A stretch of 64,000 nucleotides of DNA. It comes from the human T2T-CHM13v2.0 reference genome, Homo sapiens. The DNA is taken from assembly GCF_009914755.1 (NCBI RefSeq), contig NC_060947.1. One strand, written 5' to 3'. Each line of letters opens with the position of its first letter. Within the stretch, counting starts at the first letter, position 1. Below the pieces are notes generated by a model, which made no database searches, was not told the origin of the DNA, and worked only from the letters and a program-made list of their open reading frames with translations. The position numbers and the translations under genes were made by a program. Below are positions 33,064-44,981 of the stretch, piece by piece.

Positions 33064-36000
33064 TGCATGCATTCTGTCACCCAACTGCCACAATATTCCT
33101 AGACAAATTATACTTTACAGATTAGAGAGATGCACCTCACTCATTCAGTCTTTCAGCAAATGTTTATGAGAGCCTACTACGTGTCAATTACTCTTCCATG
33201 CTCTAGGGATGTAGCGATGAACTTCACACATAAAAATCCTTGCCTTCCTAGATCTACATTCTAGTGACATTATAACAAGGTATATAGATAAGTTGTTATT
33301 TATTCTGTGTCATATGATGTAAAATGAGTAAATAATCTTGGACTAGAACCCAGGTGTTTTCCCTCCAGTTAAATTCTCTTTCTTTGATTATCTTAATTTA
33401 CATGGCTCTTGCTTCATCTTCCACATTCCTCTGTGGGATGGGATTTGTAATCCATCATCTTCTAGGCTTGGACACATCTCTGCTTTCCCTGTGACCTTCT
33501 CAAGAGTCCTAGTACAAAGCTAGATGCAATTCTTAGAGAGGCTTATTTATTTTTAACATGGCCCAATTTTATCTCTTTTGGATGAAACACACCCTGAACA
33601 TAAAACTTGCTGTGCCTTTTTGTCCTTTTCTCTAGGTCACTGCTTAGATTTTTTTGAGTTTCCAAGTTGCAGTCAGCTCATGTTGCAGAGAACAGATTCT
33701 TAGCCATCAATTTTTGCCTTCTAGGTAAAAGCGAATAAATTACTCCTTTCAAATGTCTTCAAGCAGCTGCTGAATTTTTCTCAGGAGTATCTGTTGTTTT
33801 GTTTTAAATATATTCTGAGTTTTGTTTTTTGTTTACCAACAGAATTTTTCTGGCTGGCAATTTCTTCCACTTTTCATTAATTGTGGAAGTGGTTGGTGTT
33901 AATAAGAAAGGGTAAATTCTCCCAAGGATATAGAACACAGTAAAAACAGCAGTATAAATTGGTGAGGGCTAAGTTGTTCAGTAAGAGTCACTTTTTCTGC
34001 ATTACTTTCGGCTCCATCACTGCATTCAGAGAAAAGTGAGTGGTGAAATCAATTTCCTATATAAATTTGGCAGAGAACTGAATCTGAAAAACTGAGGCAA
34101 AAGAGGTCTATTTTAAGCTTAAATTATTGGAGATAATTGAGTCATGTAACCACTTCATTCTCTATGTTTAGACAGAAGCTTAGACATCATCTGATTTTCT
34201 TCAAAGATGTACATTGTAAAAACAATTTCCCTAAATAACTTGCCTAGTCTTCCAAACTCAATCCTGTAATTTTATTCCCTTCATTCCAACATAGCTGTCT
34301 GTCATTCTCCCAGGCAATGGGGGTTGAAATTCTTGAAAAGCACTTAAGTCTCAGTGGGACTTCATGGTGACATTTTGCTAATGTGCCTTGGTAAACAAAA
34401 CATCCTAGGTTGTGAAACCAAAGCCTACTTCTATGGCGTTGTTTTTGTTTTAAACATGTCATTAAGAAAAAAGATATTACTGCTTCAGTATTTCTTTGAT
34501 TTATTATTGGTCTAGAACTTGTTTATTAGACTCTATTTAGTAATAACATTCATTATTTTACTACCCCTTTATTTCATAGAGAAATATGATAAAGATCTCT
34601 TAATGATCATGTTGATTTGATAAGCAGATGAAAGGCTAAAATTTTTAAATCTATCTCATACCACTAGGTTGACAAAATTTGAAAACTTTATTATCCAGAT
34701 GTTCTTTTCAATGCTCCCCTCTCTACTCAAGTGCTCCCCAGTGGTGCTTCAGGTTTACCACCCATAACTCTCCTCCTGCTCCTCTGGACCTCATCAATAT
34801 TTCCTCCAGGGTCACATGTCCTATCTCCCTTTGGGACTTCATGGCAGGTGCCCTAATGAGGATCTTAAAAATGAATTGAGGTTTGAATGATGGGAAAAAC
34901 TATCTGCTATTCCTCTTCCCCTGGGAGTTTAAAAATTTTAATAAAGGACAACTGAAAGTAAAATGCATTAACCTGAGAAAGGAATGATAGATGGAATTTT
35001 GGGCACTATGCAGGCCAATTAGGTTTGCAGAAGGAATGAAGGGTATGGAGATGTAAGAGTAGAGTTCAAACCTTTACATCATAAAACACATAGATAGTGA
35101 TCTATAATGCACAAATACGTGCCTACCCTTGAGACAACTCAAGGGTGATTTTAAGTCCACTCATTTAGACATTTTCCATCTGTTTAAGAAATGAATTTTC
35201 ACTATAACAGCTACTGTTCATTAAACAAACAGGTACAAAGAGTATTTATTTTTTAATATATTGCGACATTGAATTCCTGCAATTCCTCTTACCAGCTTCT
35301 CAGTTGGTTTAAAATGTGTATGTCATTCCAGTCTACTTAGATCTATATCAAGCTAATCACTTCAGGGCAGCTGTAGATTGATGTCCCAAGCCAGGGAGGA
35401 ACTGGCCACTTACCTACCTGCCTGCCTGCCTGCCTTCCTGCCAAGTAGAGCAATTGTTACTTTTTAGCTCTCTCATACTCCATAATGACAGTTCGACTCC
35501 TTACCAATTTATTTGATCATTTTAAGAGCATCTTCATAGATTTCAAAGGAAAAACTATATCCTTGTTTTTTGCACTGATATCATGTGCATTGTTGTGTTG
35601 TTGTTGATGGTTGTTTGCTTTTTCTTTTGTTTTGCTGTGTTTTCCTCTTTTCAGAATTTTGTTCTTAGATTGCAAGAGTGACCTCTAGTGTGAAACATCT
35701 GTATAGTTATTATCTCAAGCTCCAGGGCCTCTTATCCAGCCTTAATTTCCATAGGTATTTGTGTTATACAAAATATAATTAGCAAGACCTCCACAAATAT
35801 GGCAAGTTATCATCTAAGAATAAAAACTCCAAGTCAGGTTTTTTCTTATTACTACTCATTTATTTTATTCTTAAACTTTGGCTAACAAAGTACAGCTGCA
35901 TTCTGGGGATTCTGGGATGGCAAAGGCAACACTTCCAAAAATGTCTTTGCAAGGAACTAGAAGTAAATTACGGCATTCTTTATGAGCTGGGTGTATTTGA

Positions 36001-36917
36001 CTGCAGAAAAAAATGTTTTGCAGGCCTCTTGTTGCCCCTGGCATTCCTGTTGTGAATAATCGGTTGGTGCACTCCCCTGTTCTCTTTCTTCTCCAGAAAA
36101 AGGAAGTGTTTTCCTTACCACCATACTGGGTAGATGCAAGGCACAAAGAACACACTGTATTCTTCATGGGGAAAATTAAAGTCGACTTAAGCATATGTCC
36201 TGCCCTCACACAAGGCCAGCCAGAAAATTTGCAGTATGGTCACGGGCATTGCTTATTCCCTACACGAGGTAAAATAGAAGCTTTAACTGCCTTTCAAGAG
36301 CTAGCTCCCCTTGCAATAAAAATAACAACCCCTCATATTGGCATAGTGCTTTAAAACTTACAAAGCACTTTTATTCATAAAATTTTACTTCATCCTCTGA
36401 CCACCTTTAGGAAGTAGGCATTATTAGTCCCATTTCAGTGATGAAAAGTATGAGGCCCACTGGGGTGCAATGACATGTGCAAGGTTAAACATATTTAGTA
36501 AATGGTGGAGTTAGAAGTCTTTGGACTCCAAACTTAGTGTACATTTTCTCACAGATTCCTCAGAGTCTAACAATCAGACTTTGGCAAAATAATATATAAG
36601 ATTTTCAAAAATAAAAACAGTCTGCATTCATATTTCTATGAGCCTTGAAAAGAGAAAAGATGATCTGGTTGTAAGGATCAAAGAAGGTTTTTATGGAGCA
36701 GGTTATATACTTCAGTCTTTAACAAATAAGAAAAATGTAGACAGATGAGGAAAACCATTTCAAGCTAAGCAAAATCAGGGCAATAGGAAAGTATAGCACA
36801 TCTATAAAAAATAGAAAGCACTTCAATCAATGTTTCTAAGTGTGGGAAGGTTGTAGGAAATAATTCTGGAAAAGAAAGTTAAGATCAGGACCTGAAAATC
36901 CTCTAATTCTAGAATAA

Positions 36918-37128
36918 GTTTTCTTAATCTCAGCACTATTGACATTTGGGACTAGATTATTCTTTGTTGTGGGGGATGTCCTATGCACTGTAAGATGGTT
37001 AGAAGAATGCCTGGTCTATACCACCAGATGCCCATAACACCACATCCCTCAGTTTTGAGAAGTAAATATGTCCCAGATATTACCAAATGCTCCCTCTGGG
37101 GCACAACTTCACCCTATTGAGAACCATT
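36918..37128 (-). mobile_element. MER20 fossil
   Basis: ctcagcactattgacatttggg...attctttgttgtggggg...ttgagaacca matches recalled MER20. Confidence 0.82.
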
Positions 37129-38422
37129 TAAATTGGTAGATTATGGGGACCTTTTCATATTTTGAAGCAAAGTTGTGTAATGAATACACCTATGCTTAGG
37201 GAAAACAAATATGGCAAAAGTCTACAGAAAAAAAATGGAAAAGGGAAGAGGTTGAAAGCCAAGAAAAAGCCCCTCAGGAAGATATGACAGGGGTCTCACA
37301 ATGTAAGGGCCACAGATAGCTGCTATATTGGAAAAAGCATTAAACTTAGAGGCAGGCACTTGGACTACATTGCAAGCTCTGCCAACAGTCAGTGTGTGTT
37401 CTTGGACAAGTCATTTAAAACTGTGCCCTCTATTTCTCATCTAGAGTGAGAAGATGAGAGGATGAGACGATGATCTCAAAGTTCCCTTCTAACTGCATTA
37501 GAGAAAGATATGCAATGCTGTAACTAACTTTATCTGCATTCATTCTTCTCCATATGTCTTTTGAAAGAATCTTGGTGGGTATCAAATGTGTGTTTGATTT
37601 CTCTGTGTAAAGATAAACAGCATAACCTCACTGTCTCAGATTAAGTTGGATGAAATGACAAGTCAGAAATAGTGAAAAATATGAATTATTAAGTGCATTT
37701 TAAAGACATGTAGTTATATTACTTTCAAGTACATGAAGTACTTAGAACATAGATGTTGAAGTATTGCTTAGGCGAGGTCTCTTGGAAGCTAGTTTAGTTC
37801 ATTAATTTAGCATGTACTGAAAGCACACAATGTGCAAAACACTCTGCTAGGCTTTTCAGAGGTTACCAAGATGGATTAGTTATGTGACCTGCCAAAGAGC
37901 TTACAGTATAGTAAGGGAAGTTAGCAATATACACAACGATAATACAAAGCAGAATGTTGTACATTCCAAACAAATTGTATGTGCAAGTCTTATATACAAC
38001 AACAGGCTGATTTTTAGATTGCTTAGTCATGTAGAATACAGCTTAAATCCAGGTTTTAAAATAATCAAATATATATTTAAAACACATACACAACTTTTTC
38101 ACCGAGTTGCTAAAATATTTGAGTAAGAAAAAATACAAGCTAAACAATTATCCATCAACTCAACTAAGATATCTGCGTAATATATAACTGAATTGTAATG
38201 GTACCATACATAGGCTAACCTCACTTGCCAGTGGAGCCTTAACAAGTAGACAAAAATGGTTGGCATCAAGCAAATTGCTTATATTTAAATGGTTGTTTTA
38301 AAGAACTTGTAATAATTCTCCTTTTTAAAGTATTTAAAATATTAAATATACTTTAAAAAATCTTGTCTATGCTATTTTGTCCCTTGCTTTGGGAATCTTT
38401 GTTCTAAAGAAGCAGCAATTTT

Positions 38423-38607
38423 CTTTTCTTTTAAATTTTATTTTTAGTTCTGGGGTACATGTGCTGGATGTGCAGGTTTGTTACATAGGTAAACATGTGC
38501 CATGGTGGTTTGCTGCACCTATCAACCCATCACCTAGGTATTAAGCCCAGCATGCATTAGCTATTTTTCCTAATGTTCTCCCTCCCACCACCCCACCCAC
38601 CAACAGG
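38423..38607 (-). mobile_element. Severely 5'-truncated L1PA 3' end (~185 bp)
   Basis: L1PA 3' UTR of the same type as at 6967; TSD AGAAGCAGCAATTTT (38408-38422) / AGAGGCAGCAATTTT (38608-38622). Confidence 0.92.
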
Positions 38608-38617
38608 AGAGGCAGCA

Positions 38618-38783
38618 ATTTTAATGTTAAAGTTTTACTATATACGATGTAACCAAGTGCAAATTCTGTAAGAACATTTTTCCCGTTGAGCTGTTTTCTA
38701 ATTTTAATGTTAAAGTTTTACTATATACCATGTAACCAAGTGCAAATTCTGTAAGAACATTTTTCCCGTTGAGCTGTTTTCTA
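38618..38783. repeat. Tandem duplication, 2 x 83 bp
   Basis: 38618-38700 and 38701-38783 are identical except for one base (tatacGatg vs tatacCatg). Confidence 0.97.
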
Positions 38784-38999
38784 TGGTGTTCCTTCTTGCT
38801 GTATCTTCAGGTGATTAGCAGAGCCAAATAGCAAATGTACAACTTTGGTCAACAGATTATATCTGAGATAATTTTTGATTTACCTACTACATACTCATGT
38901 GCACACATACACTATGTAAGAGGGCTGTGGTAAAAACTGATGTAATTAATTCAGGGAGAGAATGCCATGTCATTTGGGGTGGGGGGGATGACTAATAAA

Positions 39000-39043
39000 T
39001 AGATAGATGATAGATGAATAGATAGACGGATACAGATAGATAG
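39000..39043. repeat. Imperfect (GATA)n microsatellite
   Basis: tagatagatgatagatgaatagatagacggatacagatagataga. Confidence 0.8.
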
Positions 39044-42000
39044 AAAATAAAATATCTGTACTAGTAGATATATATGTGTGTGTATGTGTGTGTACCTGTA
39101 TATGTAGGCCAAAGATAAAAAAATACAGAAAAATCGCAGTTACTCAGGAATTTGTTGTACAGTTTGTACAGAAAACTAAACTGTGAGTGTCTTTTTAACT
39201 TGAGAGCTTCAGGGGAAAGAGGCTGTTTTTTAATCAGATTTTTGACTACAGAAGTAAATACAAGACAGTGTGAGAAATGGACCAAAGTGGAAGAATATTG
39301 AGGTCCCTGTTGGTTCCAGTCAAGTAGAGAGATGGGTGTAACAGAACAATTGACTTTGAGATATTTTCCCCAACTATGTCACTCCTGGTCTATTTATTTT
39401 ACAACCTTCATACTGTGGGAAATATGGAACAGTATAAGGCACAGTCCTGGCCCTAGGAAGTTTATAAAAGTTCAGAAGACTGAACAAAAACAAGTGATAA
39501 GAAAACTACCAATCTAAGACATGCTATGAAGCTATCTTTGATAAATTATTCTTAGTGACACAACAATCCTTGAAGGCAGAGACTGACATATTTAACGTAT
39601 CCCCAAACACCTAGGAAGGGATCTTGCCCATTGTAGATACTTGTTATATGTTTGTTGAAATGAAGTGGCATGCTTATGGAACAAAATATAAAAGCTTAGA
39701 AATACAAAATAGAGAGATCACTGTTTTCAGAAGCCTATATGCAAGATACTTATGAAGTAATTAATAGTGTGACTGGAAGGTTGTAGTGTGTGATTTAATT
39801 TTATAGCATTTAGTATTTTCATATTAAAAAATTACAGCTTTATAGAAGCTTATAAAGGAAAGGGCAGGGAACAACTTATTGAAGACAGAACTAGATCCAG
39901 AGGAGAGGAAGAGTAGGGATGACTGAGGAGACAGGATAGTTCCCTGTGAATTTGGAAGAGAATTTTGAAGGAGAGAGAGAAAGGATTGTTGAGCAACTGC
40001 TTTGAGGACTTTGAGTCAGTAGATGAGTAGTGAGGAATTTTAGAAATCTCCGCTGTTAAGCAATTCTTATTGCTTAACAATTTTCCCACTATTTGAGAAA
40101 CTGCTAAAGATACACATTAATTTTCAAAGAAAAAAATGCACATTACATGGTAAAGAATGGAGAACTTCCTTATTAGCTTTATCCCATACTGGAAAATGAT
40201 TGGGCATTATTTGATGAGACTAGCCAATTGTTTTACCAAGGAAGGAACAAAGAGTAGTGGAAAGTTCCAGTGAGGAAGGGTTGTGTAAACTAGCAAGGCT
40301 GAGTGACTAGAATAGAGGCAGTCAAGGATACTCATAGGAAAGGCAAGAACAATGATGGAGTTGGGAATCCATTCCTAGCAGGATGGCTGGCTCAGTTTTA
40401 CAGGAGGAGTAATGTAAAGACCCAGAGCTGGAGAGTACATGGCTCAAGGAATGCGGATAAAGCCCTGGAGGATACAAGAGAACCTCACCAACTTTGTGAA
40501 TTACATTCAGGCCATTCCTGCCTAAGACTCAGAAGCTGACTTCTGACTTTTCTTGTGAGCAATGATGGGTCTTTACTTTTTTAAATTATGCCCTTCAGCA
40601 GAGGCAGCAGGAGAGGTGACTTCTTTATTATGATATTGCTAACTGCAATAATTAGCTTTAATATCCTTTATTTTCTGTCATTTATGTAACCTCCTGTCTT
40701 CAAAGAACAGAACAAAAATATTCAAACTTATTAAATGGCATATAACTGCTACACTCTCCCATAGTGGATACATTGAACTCATTTCCTTCTCTCTTCAGGA
40801 ACTTATGGACATGGGGAAAGAAAGATTACATACAATTCAAGATAAAATCCAAATTTCAAGCAAAAAGAGATGGTGACAATCGTAGATTGGTATCACCTGA
40901 ATACAGCACTCGGAATGATTTCCACAGGCATATAAACATTGAGGTTCTTTTCTCCCATTTTGTTGTTGACTCTGCCTTGCAAGAATTTTTGAAAAGGCAA
41001 CTCAGATCAGTTTGGCTCCTCTTCCCTTTCCTTTCTCCCTCCTCCTTCTTTAAAAGGGTTAGCAAATGAAAGGGAAAACTTGAACTTCAAGGCCATTATT
41101 TATTATTTGTACCCTGGTTCATTCCAAAATGGATTGGTGAAGACCGGCAAAGATACATTTAATGCTGCAAGAGAAAACCGATTTAAAAATAAGAAAAATT
41201 AGTCGAATTGAACTAAGCGTTTGAGAATCAAACAAGTACTATTGAGCACAACCATGTGCCTTGCAGCATGCTAGTTCCTCTAAGGAAATGAAAGTGAAAT
41301 ATAAGATATGGTTTCCATCCTTAAAGACTGTAACATTTATTTGGGAAGAGGAGGCAAACACCTGTGAAATGCAGTATGGAGGAGTGTTTAGGATCTTTGG
41401 CTCTAGAGTCTAGCTGTCTGCTTTTATATTTCTCCCACTTACAATGTTTGTGGCTTCAAACAAGTTAACTTCTTTCTACTTTTCTCTGCTCATTGTAAAC
41501 TGAGAATAATAATACCTTACTCCCTGGGTTTCTGTGATGATTAATTTGGTCAGAATACCTTAAGCACTTAGCTTATTTTGTTGTAATAATTATATAAAGC
41601 AAAGTGCAGCTAAACTTTTAACTTCCTGTGACATGTATAAAAATGGGATTCAGAGAAAGCAGAGTGTGCATTAAGGAAGTCAGGGATGGCTTCATGGTAT
41701 CGGTGGCACTTGAGCTATATTTTGATGGATGAGGCTTTAAGTGAGCAAAAGTGGAGGGTAAAGGCATGCCAATCACGTAGGCTACAAAATAGAGTATAAT
41801 GAATGGCAAGACCAGAGGGATTTGTCATCAAAGGAAATTAATAGTCTAAAAGAACCCTTATAATACTTCAGAAAATCAATACTGTGACATGAATCTGATC
41901 AGTAATATGTGGACAGCTTTGCGTTTCATTTTCTCAACTAGGCATTAAACCTTGATATTTCCATTTTCTAAAGGATTAAAGGATCCTTGTGGGATTATTT

Positions 42001-44737
42001 TGAACATCATTTCTAGAGTCACGGTGTGCAGACAGCCAACAAGACTTATCAAAGTGAATGGGACCTATGTTAAAACTACAGACACATATTATTCATTTAT
42101 TTTTTGAGGATATTTTAAAAACTTTCCACAGCTGTGTTTTAAATCTCACTATAATGTCCAGAAAACACATCAGTATTTTCTTCAGTCACCATATAATACC
42201 TGGATCAATCTTCAGATATACAATAAGAATTGCCATGTTTGTATTGATTCATTTTTTTTCCAAACTTGTACAGCAGGATTTAACTAGCAAGTCATTCCTA
42301 GTACCAAAAGTTGTGATCTTATTAGTAAGGGATTCAAAGTACTTTTGATGATACAGAAGTTGGGAAAGTGAAAAAGATTTCTGTTTCCAATCAGATGTTC
42401 TCAAATGACAAAGGTGACCTCTTTTTTGGGAAGTAATGGTTACTCTGTGTTCTATTTTTACTACTCTCTTGTCTAGCTGCTAGAATAGACCTAACTTTGT
42501 AAGCTTTAACACTTAATTCCATGTAGTGTAGAGCCAAGTAAATAACTTTTGAAACAAATGAAAATAACAACTTTAAATATGAATTTAATATGGACTGAAA
42601 CCATTTTTCAATTGATATGATTGTATAGATTGGCTACTCTACAAACCTAGATTTCTAAATCAATATGGGAATTTTTAGTTTCTTTCCTTCACCTAACACA
42701 ATACAAAGAATCATGTGTATTTAATTTTAAACTATTAATTCAATCCAAATGAATTATTTTGCAACTATATGCACATTTGAATACACACATACAACATATT
42801 TGCTTGCTTCAACTCTCCTGACATCTCAATTTGCTGAGTATAATTTGGACTTGCTAGTATAGTGAGTTAATATCCAAGGATTTTGTCTTTTCCATAGGGA
42901 GCTTTTAAAAATTCCTTTGTCAAGCTGAGATATGAAAAACACTGGGTCAAAGAAAGCAGGGTCATAAGCCAAGATCAGCAGAGCCAACAGAAGCAGCCAG
43001 GGTCAGGTTAGGTGGAGAGAACCTAGGGTTCAAGGCAAGGTAGGGTTTATAGGCAGGAAACCCACTATGAAGTAAACAGAGGTTAAGGGATACACAGGAA
43101 CTGGGATTCCAGGCACAGAAAGCAAGCTGATTCAGGCCAAAAACCAAATGGCCCAGGGACCTTGACGCTAAAGTTAAAAGCTACCTGAGGCACAGAGATT
43201 TACATGCTTTTTATTTTGCAGAAGGAACTAATGACTGGCACTCGAGAGCTAGGACTAAAAGTGACACAGTTCATCCCACTTGGAAAATTCTAACACTCTA
43301 GGCCAGCTACAAAATATGAGAACATCAGACCTGAAAGAGTCCTTAGAGATTCTCTCAGTTGACCCTATAATTTTTAGAAGAAGAAAGTGTGGCTTATTAG
43401 AGGAATGGGCTTGTCAAAAAAATCAAAGCAGTATAGTGGAAGGGCTGGGGCTATAACGTTGACGTCCTAACACTAGTACTCTTTACATGAAATGTCTTTG
43501 CCTTGCCTACATTTGGTACCCTTAAATGTGAGATATGACTGAGAAAACTAGGATCTTAAGACTCTGAGCCACACTCCTTGTCCAAAGGAAATGAAAAAGG
43601 AAAAAGGAAGCAAAGTTAATGGGCGGGATATGTAGTAACAATGGGGGTTTTATTCATTCAACCTAGATAAAATTCAGTAACAGAAACTTCTATTGGGATT
43701 GGGGCAACTTGGTGACACAACTATGTAAGTCTTATAACTAAACAATTCCTCATCCAGTGGACTTTGTAACTCTTATCTGATTGAGCCAATTGTGTACCAA
43801 AACAATAACAACAATAACAACAACAACAATACTCCTTTAACCAAGAAAACAATGCTCTGTCTCATCTTACTTTGAGGTCTGCTGCTGTGCTACTTCCCTC
43901 TAGCACAGGCAAATAACTATGAACATATTCCCCACCATCCCCAAGAAACATTACCTGGCTTCACACATACATTCTTTGAAACCAGAAATAGTAGAAAGTT
44001 TATGGGTCTCAGTCTCTCTTTGTCTATCTCTTTCTCTCTCCCAAATCATTATTCTATTCTAAGGTTACTCAAGTATTTTCTCCTGGTCTTCTTCCTTCTC
44101 AGATTAATTAGCTTTGGTAGCCACTGTCTTATCTCACGGTCACTGTTGTCTGGGTAGAAAATCCTACTTTTTTTTTTTTTTTTTTTTTCGGTTTCCACCA
44201 TCTGGGATAACTAACTCATGTCTTTCTGCCTCATCAACTTTTCATCTCCCTTGTATCTTACTGGAAGAAATAAATTCTTTCTTCCTTCCTTTAGCTTCAT
44301 AATAGCTTTATCTCAACTATAATTTAGAATTTACCTCTGTGACTGTTTCATTTAATTTAGAAATGATGGGGAGAGGGCTCTTCTTTAGAATAAAGAATTT
44401 AAAAGGGCTTTATAAAATCACTCTGAAATGTCAAACTTCTTTTTTTTAGTAGATTAAACACTGTACTACATATTGGAAGACATTAATTTCTGTAAAACAA
44501 CATCAAAGCTGGTTCATAATTTGACCTCAGAAAAGTCAGTTAATTCCTATCTGAGCCTGTTTCTAAATCTCAATGATTCATTCAGTTTGTTTGAGATAAT
44601 AATCTCAGAGAAAGAAAGGACCTTGGTATTTTTACCAGTACAACATTGGCTGCAAGTGGGTACTTGATATATTGGATGACTGATAGAAAAGGCCAGTGTG
44701 AGGAATGATGAACTACCTTGTGATTAAATTACACTGA

Positions 44738-44840
44738 TATACATATAAATATATATATATATTTATATATATATGTGTGCATATGTATGTGTATATATAC
44801 ATACACATACATATACATATATAGATATATGTGAATATAT
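44738..44840. repeat. (TA)/(CATA) low-complexity tract
   Basis: Seen directly. Confidence 0.85.
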
Positions 44841-44981
44841 AGGAATTTTATTTTCAAAATGAGAGAATATATGTTTCTCTCCCTCTCAGTGAAGCTACAC
44901 CCGGGGATCACTGGCTTTCAGCTTTTTCCTTCTTAACATATAGAACAGATGATACGTACTGTAAGAAAAACTATTAATGGG

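Noticed and set aside
35405-35440. Perfect minus-strand donor (TAG|GTAAGT) after a (GCAG)n run, suggesting an antisense exon
   Set aside because: A single 9-mer with no supporting promoter or acceptor is not distinguishable from chance.
35871-36354. Overlapping 112-aa and 113-aa ORFs in unique sequence
   Set aside because: No recognisable domain or exon structure; ORFs of this size are expected by chance in 64 kb.
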